Source: a virus (lineage: Duplodnaviria > Caudoviricetes). Taken from it: DNA of 53,855 bases. The position numbers and the translations under genes are program-made. Below the pieces are notes generated by a model. That model saw nothing but the letters and a program-made list of their open reading frames with translations. It ran no database searches and was not told where the DNA came from. The stretch is from positions 1-53,855 of IMG/VR virus record IMGVR_UViG_3300027771_000019. One strand, 5' to 3'. Numbering within the stretch: position 1 is the stretch's first letter; every line of letters starts with the position of its first letter. This document shows, piece by piece, positions 43,335-53,855 of the stretch.

Positions 43335-46300
43335 TTTTCAGATGCTTCTTTTGCTTGGTCTTCTGCAACACCTGCATAATGCATAAGCATTTGCCTACGA
43401 TTTAACTCGTCAAGAAGACTTGTTGATTTTGATAAGTACTCTTCTGCACTATTAAAGTTACCGAGAGATTTAGGCAAAGCTTCAGCAGCCATGTCGTAAC
43501 GTGGTTTGCCCAAGATGGGTTTCTTGCCATCAATCATATACATATTTCTAATATAACCTGCCGCTGAGGTAGGTGCTATATCTTTATATTTATTCCAACG
43601 ATCTTGAGTCTCTGTTTTTACATCTTCTATTTGTTTTTTTACGAACTCACTAAACATTGATCTTCTAACAACAGCATCAACACCTGTTAAACTATCATAA
43701 GCTTCACCATTAAGAAACTCTTGTGGTTGTTTTCTCCAGCGAGCAAACTCTTTACCTAAAGTTTCTGATAGCCTTTGCTCAACTACATATCTGATTACAG
43801 GATTTTTTACTGTTGAGTTTTTGTATAGGTCATACTCTTTTAAACCAAGTATAGATAGTTCTTCTTGTATTTCAGATTGAGCACGTACATCAATACCTAC
43901 AATTTGTTTCATTGCTGGATTGATCGTACCAATAGGACGTGAATTAAATGGTGAATACCTTGGTAAACTTGTAGCACTATTTATAGACTTAGCATGGTTA
44001 AGCCAGTCAAATTGCGGTAGAAACTTACTGGCACGGCTAGTAAACTCTCCCCATTTACCTAGCTCAACAATCATATTTGCATCGGTCTGCATATCAGGGT
44101 TATACCTAGTGTATGATTTTTCAGGATCACCCTGAGCAATGAAATCTTTAGCGGTTGCGCCGGGATAACTAAAGGTAGCAATAATGTCAGCCATTTTTCT
44201 TTTGCTCCCTTCAGTAAACGAACCTTGCTCAAGAGAATCCACAAAAGATTTTACTACACCAGTATTAAAACCAAGACTACCCATACCTGCTGTAACTTCT
44301 AGTGCATTTTTAAACCACGATTCTGTAGTAGGAAAAGGTATGTCATTTACATACCTATACAGTAAGTCAGCAGCTAAAGCATGACCACCCATTGCACCTA
44401 AGATCGGTCCCATCTTAGAAACATCACCATCCTCAGAAAATTTAAAATCCGAGAAGTCTGTCTCACCTTCTTGAGTTGACCTTGCATAGTAGGCACCTGT
44501 AAACATCATAGTACCAGTCATTTGTTTTGACCAACGTTCCAGTTGTCCTTTGTCTTTACTAAATACAAAGTCAGGACTATAGTATTTTTGAGCAAGCTTC
44601 TCAGAGATACCTTTAGCACCACCTAGTAGGGGTATATAATCAAACATAAACTCCATATGATTTGCTACATAACGTGGGAAAGGCATACCCGCTGCACCAG
44701 AAACAACAAAAGGTAACTTTCTGTTTAAAGTTATTATAGCATTAGCACCCATACCAAAAACTGTATCGGAATCTTCATATCCTTTTTGGAAAGTAAAATC
44801 TAAAGAGTCACGTCCAGCACGTTCTAAGATGTTTGGATCAATCTCTAAGAGAGTCTTACCTGACTTTGAGAACTCCAGAAAGCTACTACCTGCTTCTGCT
44901 AGTTGTCTATCAAGAGACGCATAGAAAGCTGCTTGTTTAAACACATGGTCAGTAGCACTATTGAGGGTGTTCACAAATGTTGAACTGCGAGATAAGAATG
45001 TTTGTGAGTTTGTAGCTACCTCAACCCTACTGGTATCTCTAAACAACTTTTTGTACACAGCAGGCATGTCATTTTCTAACATAGTTCTAGCAACAAGAGC
45101 CATGTCTTTATCATAAGTCATTCCCCGCAGCATAGTAAAAGTATTTCTTGCTGGTGTGTAAGGAATGTCTGACCCAACAGCCCTAGCTGTACCTGTAAGG
45201 ATGCTCCTAAAGACTTGATCACTCGCATCCACACCAAGCCTAGCAACAGAAAATCCTACGTTACGTGCTGTTGTAGCAAGCTGTGATGTCATGAAACCAA
45301 TACGAACAGCGTCTAGTTCTTGTACACCTTTATATAAACGCACACCTAATGGGGATTTACTAGCAAGATCAACCTCTTGTCTAGCAAGTATGTCATCTAT
45401 TGTTGAGATACCAACCTTACCAAGTTCAGTTATCTCAGACAACAAAGCCTGTACATCTTTAGATTCATTGCTACGAGACTTAGGAAGTTTGACTTGATCA
45501 AGCGCCCTGCTAACTATGCTTGCTTGTCCAAGAGTTGTACCTGCCTTAGATAACTCTGCTAAGTATACGTTACTAAATTCTTCTCTGGTTATGGCATAAG
45601 AATCTAGTATGTCAGTAATCTCTCTTGGATTAATACTTCCAGCCGAACCCTCTGGTTTAGCTATGGCTTTTGCAATAGCACTACTGATCCTTTCATTAGG
45701 ACCAATCTCTAACTTGTCTACTATCTCAAGAGTAGCAGCAGTAATGCTTTGTAAAGTTTGAGAAGATAAGCCACCAATAACATTAGTGTTTGGTTTCTCA
45801 GCAAAGATTTCATTAAGAATATCTTTACCTTCAGCAACTCCTTCAACAGAAAGTGGGGCTTTCCTCCCTTCTTTCTTAGCAATCCTTACCTCTAATGCTT
45901 TAGTCATCTCACCAACGCGAGCTAAAACATTACCTACTTTTTTCTTTTGTCGTGGGTCAGTAAGACTGTTACTTAAAGTAGCTAAAGCATTCTTAGCACC
46001 TGCAGTCACCTGCGCATCTATTTTTTGTTGCTGCTCAAACAAAGTATCAATAGCACTATTGGCAGACTTTACATTTAACCATGAACCAAAGCCTGCAGTT
46101 ACACCACCAAATGCTGCTTGAAGACCAGTAGCAAGAGCCTTCTGTCCGGGGGTCATACCTACAAAATCATCTATTACTTCTTCTCGGGTAGCCTCTTGAG
46201 TTTCAATCTGTCCATAGCCCAGCGCACCCTCTACTACCACCCCAGCACCAGCACCTTTAAGTGTGGTACTAAGAACACTTTTCTTAAGAACTTCTGAGCC

Positions 46301-46924
46301 TGTTTTCTTTGCTATAATTTCTGAAAGAACTTGCCGTAGTTTTAATTGTATACCTTTTTTAGCAGTCTGTTTAGCTAGCTGTCCAGCTACAGCACCAGCA
46401 CCAAGTGTTGCGGGGATAGCAATAAGACTAGCCCAAGTTGAAGGGGCAGAAAGAATACCTGCAGCATAGTCACCAGCAGCCGTAAGTGTTCCTGTACCAC
46501 CACGTTCAGAACCGTCCCATGCTGACATCAACCTACCAAATGCAGCAAGCTCACCCGGAGTATTGTTTCTGCTGTCTCTGGCGTAGAATAGATCTTTGAC
46601 AGCAGTAGCTTCATTAGTATCTTGGAAGCGCATATGTTCAACAAACTCTTCAGCTAAACCTTTAGCACCACGTTCCATGATTTCTTTTCTAGTATAATTA
46701 TACCTACCACCGTTAAAGAAACGCATCAAGTCTTTTTGAAACTCAGTGTTATCCTTTAGGTCCATAAAGCTTTTACCCTCTACATCCTGCACGTAGTCTA
46801 ATGCAGGGTCAAGCTTAGGTAAGACAGGTTTCTCTGCGCCAACACTGAGTTTTGTTTCCTGATCAATAAGATTAATTGGAGAACGAAAACCAGAAGAGTC
46901 TTGAAGGATTATATTATCAGCCAT
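43331..46924 (-). CDS. Large internal virion (ejection) protein
   Basis: 1197 aa helical protein with Gly/Ala-rich hydrophobic segments; last gene of the late block. Confidence 0.7.
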   Translation of the reverse strand: MADNIILQDSSGFRSPINLIDQETKLSVGAEKPVLPKLDPALDYVQDVEGKSFMDLKDNTEFQKDLMRFFNGGRYNYTRKEIMERGAKGLAEEFVEHMRFQDTNEATAVKDLFYARDSRNNTPGELAAFGRLMSAWDGSERGGTGTLTAAGDYAAGILSAPSTWASLIAIPATLGAGAVAGQLAKQTAKKGIQLKLRQVLSEIIAKKTGSEVLKKSVLSTTLKGAGAGVVVEGALGYGQIETQEATREEVIDDFVGMTPGQKALATGLQAAFGGVTAGFGSWLNVKSANSAIDTLFEQQQKIDAQVTAGAKNALATLSNSLTDPRQKKKVGNVLARVGEMTKALEVRIAKKEGRKAPLSVEGVAEGKDILNEIFAEKPNTNVIGGLSSQTLQSITAATLEIVDKLEIGPNERISSAIAKAIAKPEGSAGSINPREITDILDSYAITREEFSNVYLAELSKAGTTLGQASIVSRALDQVKLPKSRSNESKDVQALLSEITELGKVGISTIDDILARQEVDLASKSPLGVRLYKGVQELDAVRIGFMTSQLATTARNVGFSVARLGVDASDQVFRSILTGTARAVGSDIPYTPARNTFTMLRGMTYDKDMALVARTMLENDMPAVYKKLFRDTSRVEVATNSQTFLSRSSTFVNTLNSATDHVFKQAAFYASLDRQLAEAGSSFLEFSKSGKTLLEIDPNILERAGRDSLDFTFQKGYEDSDTVFGMGANAIITLNRKLPFVVSGAAGMPFPRYVANHMEFMFDYIPLLGGAKGISEKLAQKYYSPDFVFSKDKGQLERWSKQMTGTMMFTGAYYARSTQEGETDFSDFKFSEDGDVSKMGPILGAMGGHALAADLLYRYVNDIPFPTTESWFKNALEVTAGMGSLGFNTGVVKSFVDSLEQGSFTEGSKRKMADIIATFSYPGATAKDFIAQGDPEKSYTRYNPDMQTDANMIVELGKWGEFTSRASKFLPQFDWLNHAKSINSATSLPRYSPFNSRPIGTINPAMKQIVGIDVRAQSEIQEELSILGLKEYDLYKNSTVKNPVIRYVVEQRLSETLGKEFARWRKQPQEFLNGEAYDSLTGVDAVVRRSMFSEFVKKQIEDVKTETQDRWNKYKDIAPTSAAGYIRNMYMIDGKKPILGKPRYDMAAEALPKSLGNFNSAEEYLSKSTSLLDELNRRQMLMHYAGVAEDQAKEASEN

Positions 46925-46932
46925 GTTTACTA

Positions 46933-48042
46933 TTAATCCCTGTTTTGTTCAGCAAATACTGAGTCCATGTCATCTTTAATAAGCCCCGGAAAACCTATAA
47001 TAGGTCGGGGTGTACCACGGGGACCACCATCAGGCGCTGGTGAGGATACTCCCGGAGCTGCAATCTGTCCTGTTAAGGTTGCAAAATATATCTCACCTGT
47101 TGCATCATTATACCGTATGCCATTATCTAAATATGATAAGATATCAACCCCTGCATAACCGCCTTTTACTAATGTATTTACTTTATCAAAGATTTTGTTT
47201 TGATTGTCTAGGATCTTAGGAGATACTTGTTGAATTTTAGCAACAACTTCAGCAACTTTACCAACAATAGCTTGACTTTGATCTTCACCAAATGCTGAAG
47301 TTGTGTATTGTAAAGAACCCGGATCACCCGCAGTACTACCACCCATAAACTTAACACCAGCACCAAGGATACTAGCCATACGTTCATTAGTATTTCTTTG
47401 AATTGCATTTATTGTGCCTTGAGCAAGAGGATTACCTTCTGCAAAATTAATGTTAATTGAATCAGCACTACCAATAAAATTAGGTACGGTAAGATCAAGC
47501 CCACCCATATAAGTACTTAGTTCTTCCATTGTTTTAGGCCCGTGTAAAATACCTAAAATAGAAGCGTATTGATTACCATCACTCATGTCATTACCAGCAG
47601 CATTATAACCATCCATGATTAACTTGGCCCTAGTTTCAGCATCCTCTGCTTCATACTCTCTTTCAATTGCTGATGAAAGTTGATTAATAAATCCTCTACG
47701 AAGAAACCCACCATCTTTTTTAGCAGTATCAATAATTGTAGAAGCTTGACCTGACTTAACTAAAGCTCTTGCTACATCAGGGCGTAAATTATAACCTTCT
47801 AATGTTTTAATCTGTGCAATAGTAGAGTCACGGTTTGTTTTTCTTTTACCATGAGTTTCCATTATCATTGGCAGCAATGCATTTCTTGCTGTATTAAACT
47901 CTTTAGCTGCTATCTCTGCGGCCCTATCATCACGACCTTGTTGATAACGTGCTTCTTCTAACTCGTCTGCTTTGTTTTGCCTACGATTCTTTGCACCTTC
48001 AACTTGAGCTTCTCTGAAGCCAGACCACATACCTAAAGCCAT
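46933..48042 (-). CDS. Putative internal virion protein
   Basis: Position among ejection-type genes. Confidence 0.55.
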   Translation of the reverse strand: MALGMWSGFREAQVEGAKNRRQNKADELEEARYQQGRDDRAAEIAAKEFNTARNALLPMIMETHGKRKTNRDSTIAQIKTLEGYNLRPDVARALVKSGQASTIIDTAKKDGGFLRRGFINQLSSAIEREYEAEDAETRAKLIMDGYNAAGNDMSDGNQYASILGILHGPKTMEELSTYMGGLDLTVPNFIGSADSININFAEGNPLAQGTINAIQRNTNERMASILGAGVKFMGGSTAGDPGSLQYTTSAFGEDQSQAIVGKVAEVVAKIQQVSPKILDNQNKIFDKVNTLVKGGYAGVDILSYLDNGIRYNDATGEIYFATLTGQIAAPGVSSPAPDGGPRGTPRPIIGFPGLIKDDMDSVFAEQNRD

Positions 48043-48043
48043 G

Positions 48044-48508
48044 TTATACCCTCGCCATTAAGCCAGAAGGTTTATCTTCCTTCATCGGCATTTCTTTTTC
48101 TATCTCTTCTTCAATAGGTTCTTCAGTAGGCTTTGCCATTCTGTACATAGCTTCTTCTACTTCTTGATGATCTTCAAAGCCATCCTCAAACTCTATACCA
48201 GCAGCTAGGGGTAAGCCTCTAATAAACTCATGTAATATTGGAGCAATAATAAGGCTCACGTCTATTGAGTGGATACCATTAAGCACAGCACTACGAAGAA
48301 TACCTTCAACTAATGTACGAACATCTATACCTTGGTCAATAAAATCTAACATGTCTTCCATTGCTTTAGGTTTAGACAGTCTTTGCAAGTGTGATTTAAG
48401 AATAAGCTCAGGATCAATCATAGCAGGTGGCTGTTCATACTGAGCATTACCGGGAACAGTAGTTAAAGACTGACCGGGGATTGGTCTATTGGATATCTGT
48501 GGGATCAT
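48044..48508 (-). CDS. Conserved virion-associated protein
   Basis: RPIPGQSLT..PGNAQYEQPP motif. Confidence 0.55.
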   Translation of the reverse strand: MIPQISNRPIPGQSLTTVPGNAQYEQPPAMIDPELILKSHLQRLSKPKAMEDMLDFIDQGIDVRTLVEGILRSAVLNGIHSIDVSLIIAPILHEFIRGLPLAAGIEFEDGFEDHQEVEEAMYRMAKPTEEPIEEEIEKEMPMKEDKPSGLMARV

Positions 48509-49410
48509 TTGTTTCTTTTCCTTGTAGATGCAAGAATTTCTTGGCCTGACATATCAGATTCAATTAAGTCTGCTTCCTCATTTCTTCTACCACTATTTAT
48601 ATTATTGTTATCTACAGCTCTTGCACGTACAGCATCAGCTAATTTACGAGTGCTACCAGAATTAGCAGCTTTAATAATTGACTCGCCAATATTTCCATAG
48701 TTATAAACATAAGAAATTAAAGCTGTTTGTGTAGATTCACCTAAAGTGTTCCAAGTATTTGAACCAACACTTCTTTTAGCTCTAGGCATAAACTCTGTTT
48801 TTATTCTACGATTTAAGTCTCTAATTGCATCTTCTTTAGATACAAAAGAATCTTGCTTTACAGTAACCACTGTGCCATCTTCTTTTGTGTAGGTATCGCT
48901 ACCAAACCCAGCTCTCCAAACAGGTTTTTTAGAGCCTTTCTTACTATCATCATATGGTGTAGATTCAAAACCTTCTCTATCAACAACAAAGTTAAAAGTA
49001 AATTCGTCTAAAGGTTCAGTTTTTGTTGCACGAACATCAAGTCCTTTATCATTACGTTTTGTATCTCCGGAAGAAAGAATTGTTAACATTTCTTTTTGTA
49101 AAGTCTTATCAGAAAAAGCTGAAGAAAAAACTTTAGCATCAGGATCACGTGTAACAACACGACCAGCATTAGCAACTATGTACTCATCATTAGCATTACC
49201 AAAAGCATTATAGTATTGTTGACCAACAGAGATTTCATTTTCAAAAGTAATATCAGCAGCAGCTTGTTTATCCACAAGAGATCTAATACGTTTTTTAGCA
49301 CCACGTGATACATCTGATATTGCAGTTACGGTAGGTTTTTTAATAACAGAAGCTAAATTAGTTCTATCTTTATATGCTTTATTCCAATTATTATAGTATT
49401 CTAATGCCAT
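48505..49410 (-). CDS. Virion-associated lysozyme (GH24-like C-terminal domain)
   Basis: REGFESTPYDD..AGFG...ALISYVYNYG...RRNEEA. Confidence 0.75.
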   Translation of the reverse strand: MALEYYNNWNKAYKDRTNLASVIKKPTVTAISDVSRGAKKRIRSLVDKQAAADITFENEISVGQQYYNAFGNANDEYIVANAGRVVTRDPDAKVFSSAFSDKTLQKEMLTILSSGDTKRNDKGLDVRATKTEPLDEFTFNFVVDREGFESTPYDDSKKGSKKPVWRAGFGSDTYTKEDGTVVTVKQDSFVSKEDAIRDLNRRIKTEFMPRAKRSVGSNTWNTLGESTQTALISYVYNYGNIGESIIKAANSGSTRKLADAVRARAVDNNNINSGRRNEEADLIESDMSGQEILASTRKRNK

Positions 49411-49411
49411 G

Positions 49412-51412
49412 TTACTTACCCTTTATTATTTCTGCAATATCATATCCGTCTGATCCAAATATCATGGTACTTACCCACGAAGATTTAGCAGAAGCCTCCT
49501 CAAAAGTAAGTTGTTCTCTGGCTTTATCTGCAGATTTATCTGCAAGTAAGATTTGAACAGCCCTTTCACTAGCACTCTCTGATGTAGCAACAGCCCATGC
49601 CATTACGTCCCGTTCTCGTTGCCATATGTCGTCTATAGCTTTTTCAGTTAACCCGTTCTTAGTAGCAGCATCAAGTTTGTTGGCGTCATTCTGTGCTGAA
49701 GTATCTAGTGTTGCTATATTCTGTCTCCACACTGCGTTAGCTTGCGCTATGACTAAAGAATTAGTAGCATTAAATTGATCTCTTTGATTTTTAACTTCGG
49801 TGTTAAACTTTTCAATAGCATTCTTTTCACCTGCATTAAATTGTTCAGTAGCATTTTGTTGTGATGTATTAAACTGAGACACTTGAGTTTTAATTGTAGC
49901 CATAAATTGATCTGTTTGATTCTTGCTAGAAGCATTGAACTGTTCAGCAGCATTCTTAGCAGCAGTGTCACTAAGTATTGCTTGTTGTACCGCTTGAGCT
50001 TTAAAGACTTCTACCTGTTGATCGTTAGCTAAGTTAGCCAAGTCTACCTGTAAGAAAGCTTTAGCATTTTCTACAACAGCTTGTTGTTCATTAGATAAGT
50101 TTGCTAAGTCCATTGTCTGCATAGCAGCAGCATCAGCCATTACCTTACCATTTACTGCCGACATATTAGCAAGATTTGCTGTCTGTGTCAACCGTGAATT
50201 TTCTAATGCTATCTGTTGGTCAGCAGTAAAGTTTAAGTTAGCGATGTCACTAACCTTAGCTGCCATAGCTACCCTTGATTGAAACTCTTGTGTAAAATCT
50301 ATCTCAAGAAATTTAGCTCTTTGTTCTGCTGCAAACATTGCAGTCTGTTGTTTGTTGCTAAGATTCTGTGACTCAAACTTTGCAAAGGTAGCTGAGTCTT
50401 GTTGTGCGATAGGCAGTGCAGACTCCATAGCAGCCTGTACAATAGCCTGTCCTGCCATGCTACTAGCACCAAGGCCACGTGCAGCCATAGCTGCTGTAGC
50501 GGCTCTCATAGCTCCTGCTGCCCAAGGAGGTGTAGCACCACCCTCAAAGTCTTCCATTAAATCAGTAAGCTGACCTTGTACCGTAGCTTTCTTACTAGGA
50601 TCAGCAGTAACAGCTTTGATATCTGTAGCTTCTTTTACTGCAGCCATATCAACTGCAGATCCACCAATCTCTTCTCCGGGTTTTATTACCCGTGCATTAG
50701 GTGCAACAACTTGTGTTGGACTTTCAATCTGTTTAATGTCTTCTACACCTAAAGCACTCATCTTTTCTGGATCACCAGCAGCGGCTGTTATAGTAGAGTC
50801 TTTAGTCATTTGAGTATTTTTAGCGGCAACATCTTCTAATGCTGTTTCAACAGCAGCTTGAGAATCAGTAGTAGTTGCAAGATTAGTGGTTACAGTATCA
50901 GGACTATCTGCTGTCTTTGCAGTTACAGTACTTGCTGTAGCTTTTGGCATAAGTCCAGAACCATCTGTGCTGACATCGGCAGTAGAAACTTGACCAACAG
51001 TACTATCAATTTTTTGTGCTGTATCTGTATCATCTATTTTTTCTACTGTAGTATCAGTAACCATACTTGCTGGATCACTGGCAGCTTTATAAGATTTATC
51101 ACCGATAGTTTTATTTCTAAGTGCAGCCTGTTCTTCTCTTACCTTCTTTTGCTCTGGTGTTTCAGCAGTGTCACCACCCTCAGCATAGCCCACATACCCA
51201 CCCCTAGCAGCAGTAATAGGGGTAGCAGACATAGCAGCGGAGTTAGCTGTAGGTATGTTCTCATTAACCATAGCTGAATTAGCTTTAGCTAATACCCTAT
51301 TGAGCACTTCCCGTGCTGCCATATTAGTTTCAAAAAATTTATCAATAGGCATATCAGCAGGACGCCCAAACTTTTCTCCTACTTTTACAGCTATATTTTT
51401 AGGGTCTGTCAT
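49412..51412 (-). CDS. Internal virion protein with Gln/Asn/Ala-rich repeats
   Basis: ANLSNEQQ and QFNA repeats, RGLGASSMAG; N-terminal AARGG/YAEGG. Confidence 0.65.
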   Translation of the reverse strand: MTDPKNIAVKVGEKFGRPADMPIDKFFETNMAAREVLNRVLAKANSAMVNENIPTANSAAMSATPITAARGGYVGYAEGGDTAETPEQKKVREEQAALRNKTIGDKSYKAASDPASMVTDTTVEKIDDTDTAQKIDSTVGQVSTADVSTDGSGLMPKATASTVTAKTADSPDTVTTNLATTTDSQAAVETALEDVAAKNTQMTKDSTITAAAGDPEKMSALGVEDIKQIESPTQVVAPNARVIKPGEEIGGSAVDMAAVKEATDIKAVTADPSKKATVQGQLTDLMEDFEGGATPPWAAGAMRAATAAMAARGLGASSMAGQAIVQAAMESALPIAQQDSATFAKFESQNLSNKQQTAMFAAEQRAKFLEIDFTQEFQSRVAMAAKVSDIANLNFTADQQIALENSRLTQTANLANMSAVNGKVMADAAAMQTMDLANLSNEQQAVVENAKAFLQVDLANLANDQQVEVFKAQAVQQAILSDTAAKNAAEQFNASSKNQTDQFMATIKTQVSQFNTSQQNATEQFNAGEKNAIEKFNTEVKNQRDQFNATNSLVIAQANAVWRQNIATLDTSAQNDANKLDAATKNGLTEKAIDDIWQRERDVMAWAVATSESASERAVQILLADKSADKAREQLTFEEASAKSSWVSTMIFGSDGYDIAEIIKGK

Positions 51413-51456
51413 TTAAAATCCACCTTCTAGTCTTTTTATTATAGTTTACTACGACT

Positions 51457-51720
51457 TTAAAAGCCATCACTTAGTCCCTTGAGTATATCTTTAATGCTTA
51501 CCTTAGCCTTAGAGTTAGGTGAGTACTTACACTGAAACTGTTTAGGACATTCACGAAAACTATTCTCTGCGTAGTGGTAGGCAATGGTCTTGTTCTTACC
51601 TAAGTAAATGCACACCTTACCTTCACGTTCACTCTCAGTATACTTCCATAAGTTACACGTTACATACTCAGGGTATAGCAAAGAGCTTGCCAGTATGAGG
51701 GGGAGTACAAATGTATCCAT
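51457..51720 (-). CDS. Cys-containing small protein with signal-like N-terminus
   Basis: ORF with four Cys; GAGG SD. Confidence 0.55.
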   Translation of the reverse strand: MDTFVLPLILASSLLYPEYVTCNLWKYTESEREGKVCIYLGKNKTIAYHYAENSFRECPKQFQCKYSPNSKAKVSIKDILKGLSDGF

Positions 51721-52196
51721 TATAATGCCAACGAAACCATGTAAACGCCGCCTCCTAATATGCCAATAATCAAAATAGATAAACCAAGTATAGCCATGTT
51801 GTTTGCAATCTGTCTCTTAGATTCCATAGCTGCGTATACTTCTTTCTCTCTATCCTTGCGTATCTGCCTACGCATGTCTACCATCTCATCGTAAGTTCCA
51901 AAGCCAAACCGCATGTCAAGCATAAACTTTATTTCTTTTTCTTTCTCAAACAAAGTTTTCTTACGAACAACAATGTCCATTGCTTCTTGCTCTATAGACT
52001 CAGAGCCGTGTGACATCTTGTCTAAGAACGTAGGGTTTTTTCTCTGTGACTCAGCCCTAGTTATGTCAGCTACTGCACCGTACCAAGCCCCTAGCTGACC
52101 TGAGATGTCTTGTATCTCCTTGCCAGCCCCGACAAGCATCTTGACCCCCTTGAAGGCTGCATTAGCTGCAGCAAAAGCTGTGAGGGGATCTATCAT
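51720..52196 (-). CDS. Membrane-anchored hypothetical protein
   Basis: MIDPLTAFAAA N-terminus, C-terminal TM helix. Confidence 0.65.
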   Translation of the reverse strand: MIDPLTAFAAANAAFKGVKMLVGAGKEIQDISGQLGAWYGAVADITRAESQRKNPTFLDKMSHGSESIEQEAMDIVVRKKTLFEKEKEIKFMLDMRFGFGTYDEMVDMRRQIRKDREKEVYAAMESKRQIANNMAILGLSILIIGILGGGVYMVSLAL

Positions 52197-52200
52197 TTAG

Positions 52201-52455
52201 CTATCTCTGTGCGTGATTGTTAGCAACCACATTCAATGCTTCCTTAATCGCAGTAACGTTAGCATCAATACGAGCAATCATTACGTCATTCTCATGTACT
52301 TCATCGGATAGCCTTGCACTGCTAGACTGCACCTCAGATATGTTAGCCCTGTTGTACTTGATGTCAGACACCATACCTGAGACAGCCCAGACAATAGCAG
52401 CACCTTGAGCTAACAAAGCACCCACTATTGTTACTACTGTCCAGTTAAACTCCAT
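52201..52455 (-). CDS. TM + coiled-coil small protein
   Basis: N-terminal hydrophobic helix followed by heptads. Confidence 0.6.
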   Translation of the reverse strand: MEFNWTVVTIVGALLAQGAAIVWAVSGMVSDIKYNRANISEVQSSSARLSDEVHENDVMIARIDANVTAIKEALNVVANNHAQR

Positions 52456-52628
52456 TAATCAGCAGCCGCAATGGTTAGTGTGCCAGCGGCTACTTGCTTG
52501 AGTATCTCTGCGTAGTGGCGGTTGTCTGGGTCCATAGGTATATCTGTTAAACTACCATTAAGAGTTATTCTTACTGTAACATTTTCATCAGTATTATCTT
52601 TTAAATACTTTGCATTAGTAATTATCAT
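52455..52628 (-). CDS. Tail fibre assembly-like small protein
   Basis: IPMDPDNRHYAEIL motif after a fibre gene; start re-assigned to MIITNAKY (GGAG SD). Confidence 0.6.
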   Translation of the reverse strand: MIITNAKYLKDNTDENVTVRITLNGSLTDIPMDPDNRHYAEILKQVAAGTLTIAAAD

Positions 52629-52630
52629 AT

Positions 52631-53740
52631 CTATAACTCCGCATCTTGGGTCCACCCAAATTGTGAACTAGCAGTTCCAACATCTATCCAATGAGGGTCT
52701 TTTGCTGCATCTGCGTGTGAAGTAAAATTCCATCTTGTGCTTTGAGGTCCAATAGTAGCTGATGAAGGGGATGTTTGGGCAGTACCCTGTGTCCTACTTG
52801 GAGCATATACAGTAAAACTTCCACCATCAGAATTACCTCCAAAATAATTTAAAGTAGGTGCTGCTCTCATGGTATAAGGGTACTTAATTCCAGTAAGCGG
52901 AGCTGTACCGTTGTTACCAGACAGAACAAGTCTGTGAACTCCTGAAGATTCTAAGTAACCTGATACTTGAAAATAACGATAACACTTAGCTAACGTAGTA
53001 CTTATTTCCTCTTGCTCAAATTCCGTTGCAACTGGGCCAATTTCCATCTGAACTCCCGTTATAAAGAAGTTGTTGTCAGTGTTGCTGTAAAAACTGTCTA
53101 TGCCAGCGGCACGATTGGCGTTTGTGTTGTTAGCAAAGGCTGCAGTGTTTAATGTGCCTCCTGTAAAAGTTGTACCTGCGTGGAGCCAAAAAAATAAAGC
53201 TAAACTTCCTGCATTGTCATCATCAAAAGGGCTTGAACCATCATCTACATCAGCAGGAAATGTAAGCTCATGTCTTACCCAATCTGTTGTAGTAGAAAAT
53301 AACTTAGCACATTGTCTACTATTATCTAAATCAACCAATTCACAACCAAATGTAAATGATGCACTAGCTTTAACATAAAAAGAAACAGTAATTTGTTTTG
53401 CCCCAGCTACGCCTTTACCTATACGTTGTACGTTTTGGCCTTCTAGTCTCTGTTCCAATATTAAATGTTCACTCGCTGCAATAGATGTGTCTGCTGTAGT
53501 ACAGTCTAGTTTAATACAGTTAGCACTGATACCATTGGGGCCATCTGCTGTTTGGGTCATTGTAAACCGACCAGCAGAACTGCCTGTCTCAATCTGCCAC
53601 CTATCACAAGTAAAATAACCACTAGCAGCACCCAAGCCTGTCACTGACGCACTTCTCTGGGCCACGTTCATGGAGCCATTGATTATCATATTGCGACCAA
53701 CAGCGGCTGTTACGTTGGCGTTTTGTCTAGCTCTAGTCAT
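52631..53740 (-). CDS. Fibre/receptor-binding protein with carbohydrate-binding-like module
   Basis: RNMIINGSMNVAQR...DRW...ITGVQMEIGPVATEFE...CYRYFQ pattern. Confidence 0.7.
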   Translation of the reverse strand: MTRARQNANVTAAVGRNMIINGSMNVAQRSASVTGLGAASGYFTCDRWQIETGSSAGRFTMTQTADGPNGISANCIKLDCTTADTSIAASEHLILEQRLEGQNVQRIGKGVAGAKQITVSFYVKASASFTFGCELVDLDNSRQCAKLFSTTTDWVRHELTFPADVDDGSSPFDDDNAGSLALFFWLHAGTTFTGGTLNTAAFANNTNANRAAGIDSFYSNTDNNFFITGVQMEIGPVATEFEQEEISTTLAKCYRYFQVSGYLESSGVHRLVLSGNNGTAPLTGIKYPYTMRAAPTLNYFGGNSDGGSFTVYAPSRTQGTAQTSPSSATIGPQSTRWNFTSHADAAKDPHWIDVGTASSQFGWTQDAEL

Positions 53741-53855
53741 CTGTAATTATCCAATGCTGTCTGCTGCATCACGCTCAGTGCGTGTCTTGTAGTCTGACCT
53801 TGCAGTAACCAATGCTACAAATGCTGCCTGATTGCTTGGGATGCTATCTGTAAAG
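53607..53855. repeat. Terminal overlap with 1-249
   Basis: Direct comparison. Confidence 0.95.

Overview
The window is an apparently complete, circularly assembled ~53.6 kb genome of a marine-type podovirus. Positions 1-249 reappear at 53607-53855 with 7 substitutions. Two opposed gene blocks diverge from a ~1.9 kb non-coding control region (24750-26620) and converge at 43331-43334. The plus strand carries early genes, a tyrosine recombinase, ThyX, T7-like primase-helicase, family A DNA polymerase, SSB-like protein, exonuclease, resolvase, MazG, class II (B12) RNR and EndoVII. The minus strand carries lysis genes, a cluster of small basic proteins, terminase, portal, scaffold, major capsid, neck, several fibres and internal virion proteins. 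No phage RNA polymerase, tRNA or CRISPR was seen. By recollection (not a database search) the gene content resembles Roseobacter-infecting CRP-901-type/HMO-2011-related phages, which suggests an alphaproteobacterial host. Leading candidates for new biology: a recurrent [FYM]-[AN]-x-GG peptide tag in late proteins, linked to a variable cargo domain; a ~650-nt structured non-coding stretch before the first early gene; a shared RNA internal-loop motif in the scaffold and capsid leaders; twin AT-rich palindromes bracketing the early region next to the recombinase; and small genes missing from the ORF track (DUF1127-like, Rmf-like, a 25-aa Cys-rich peptide).
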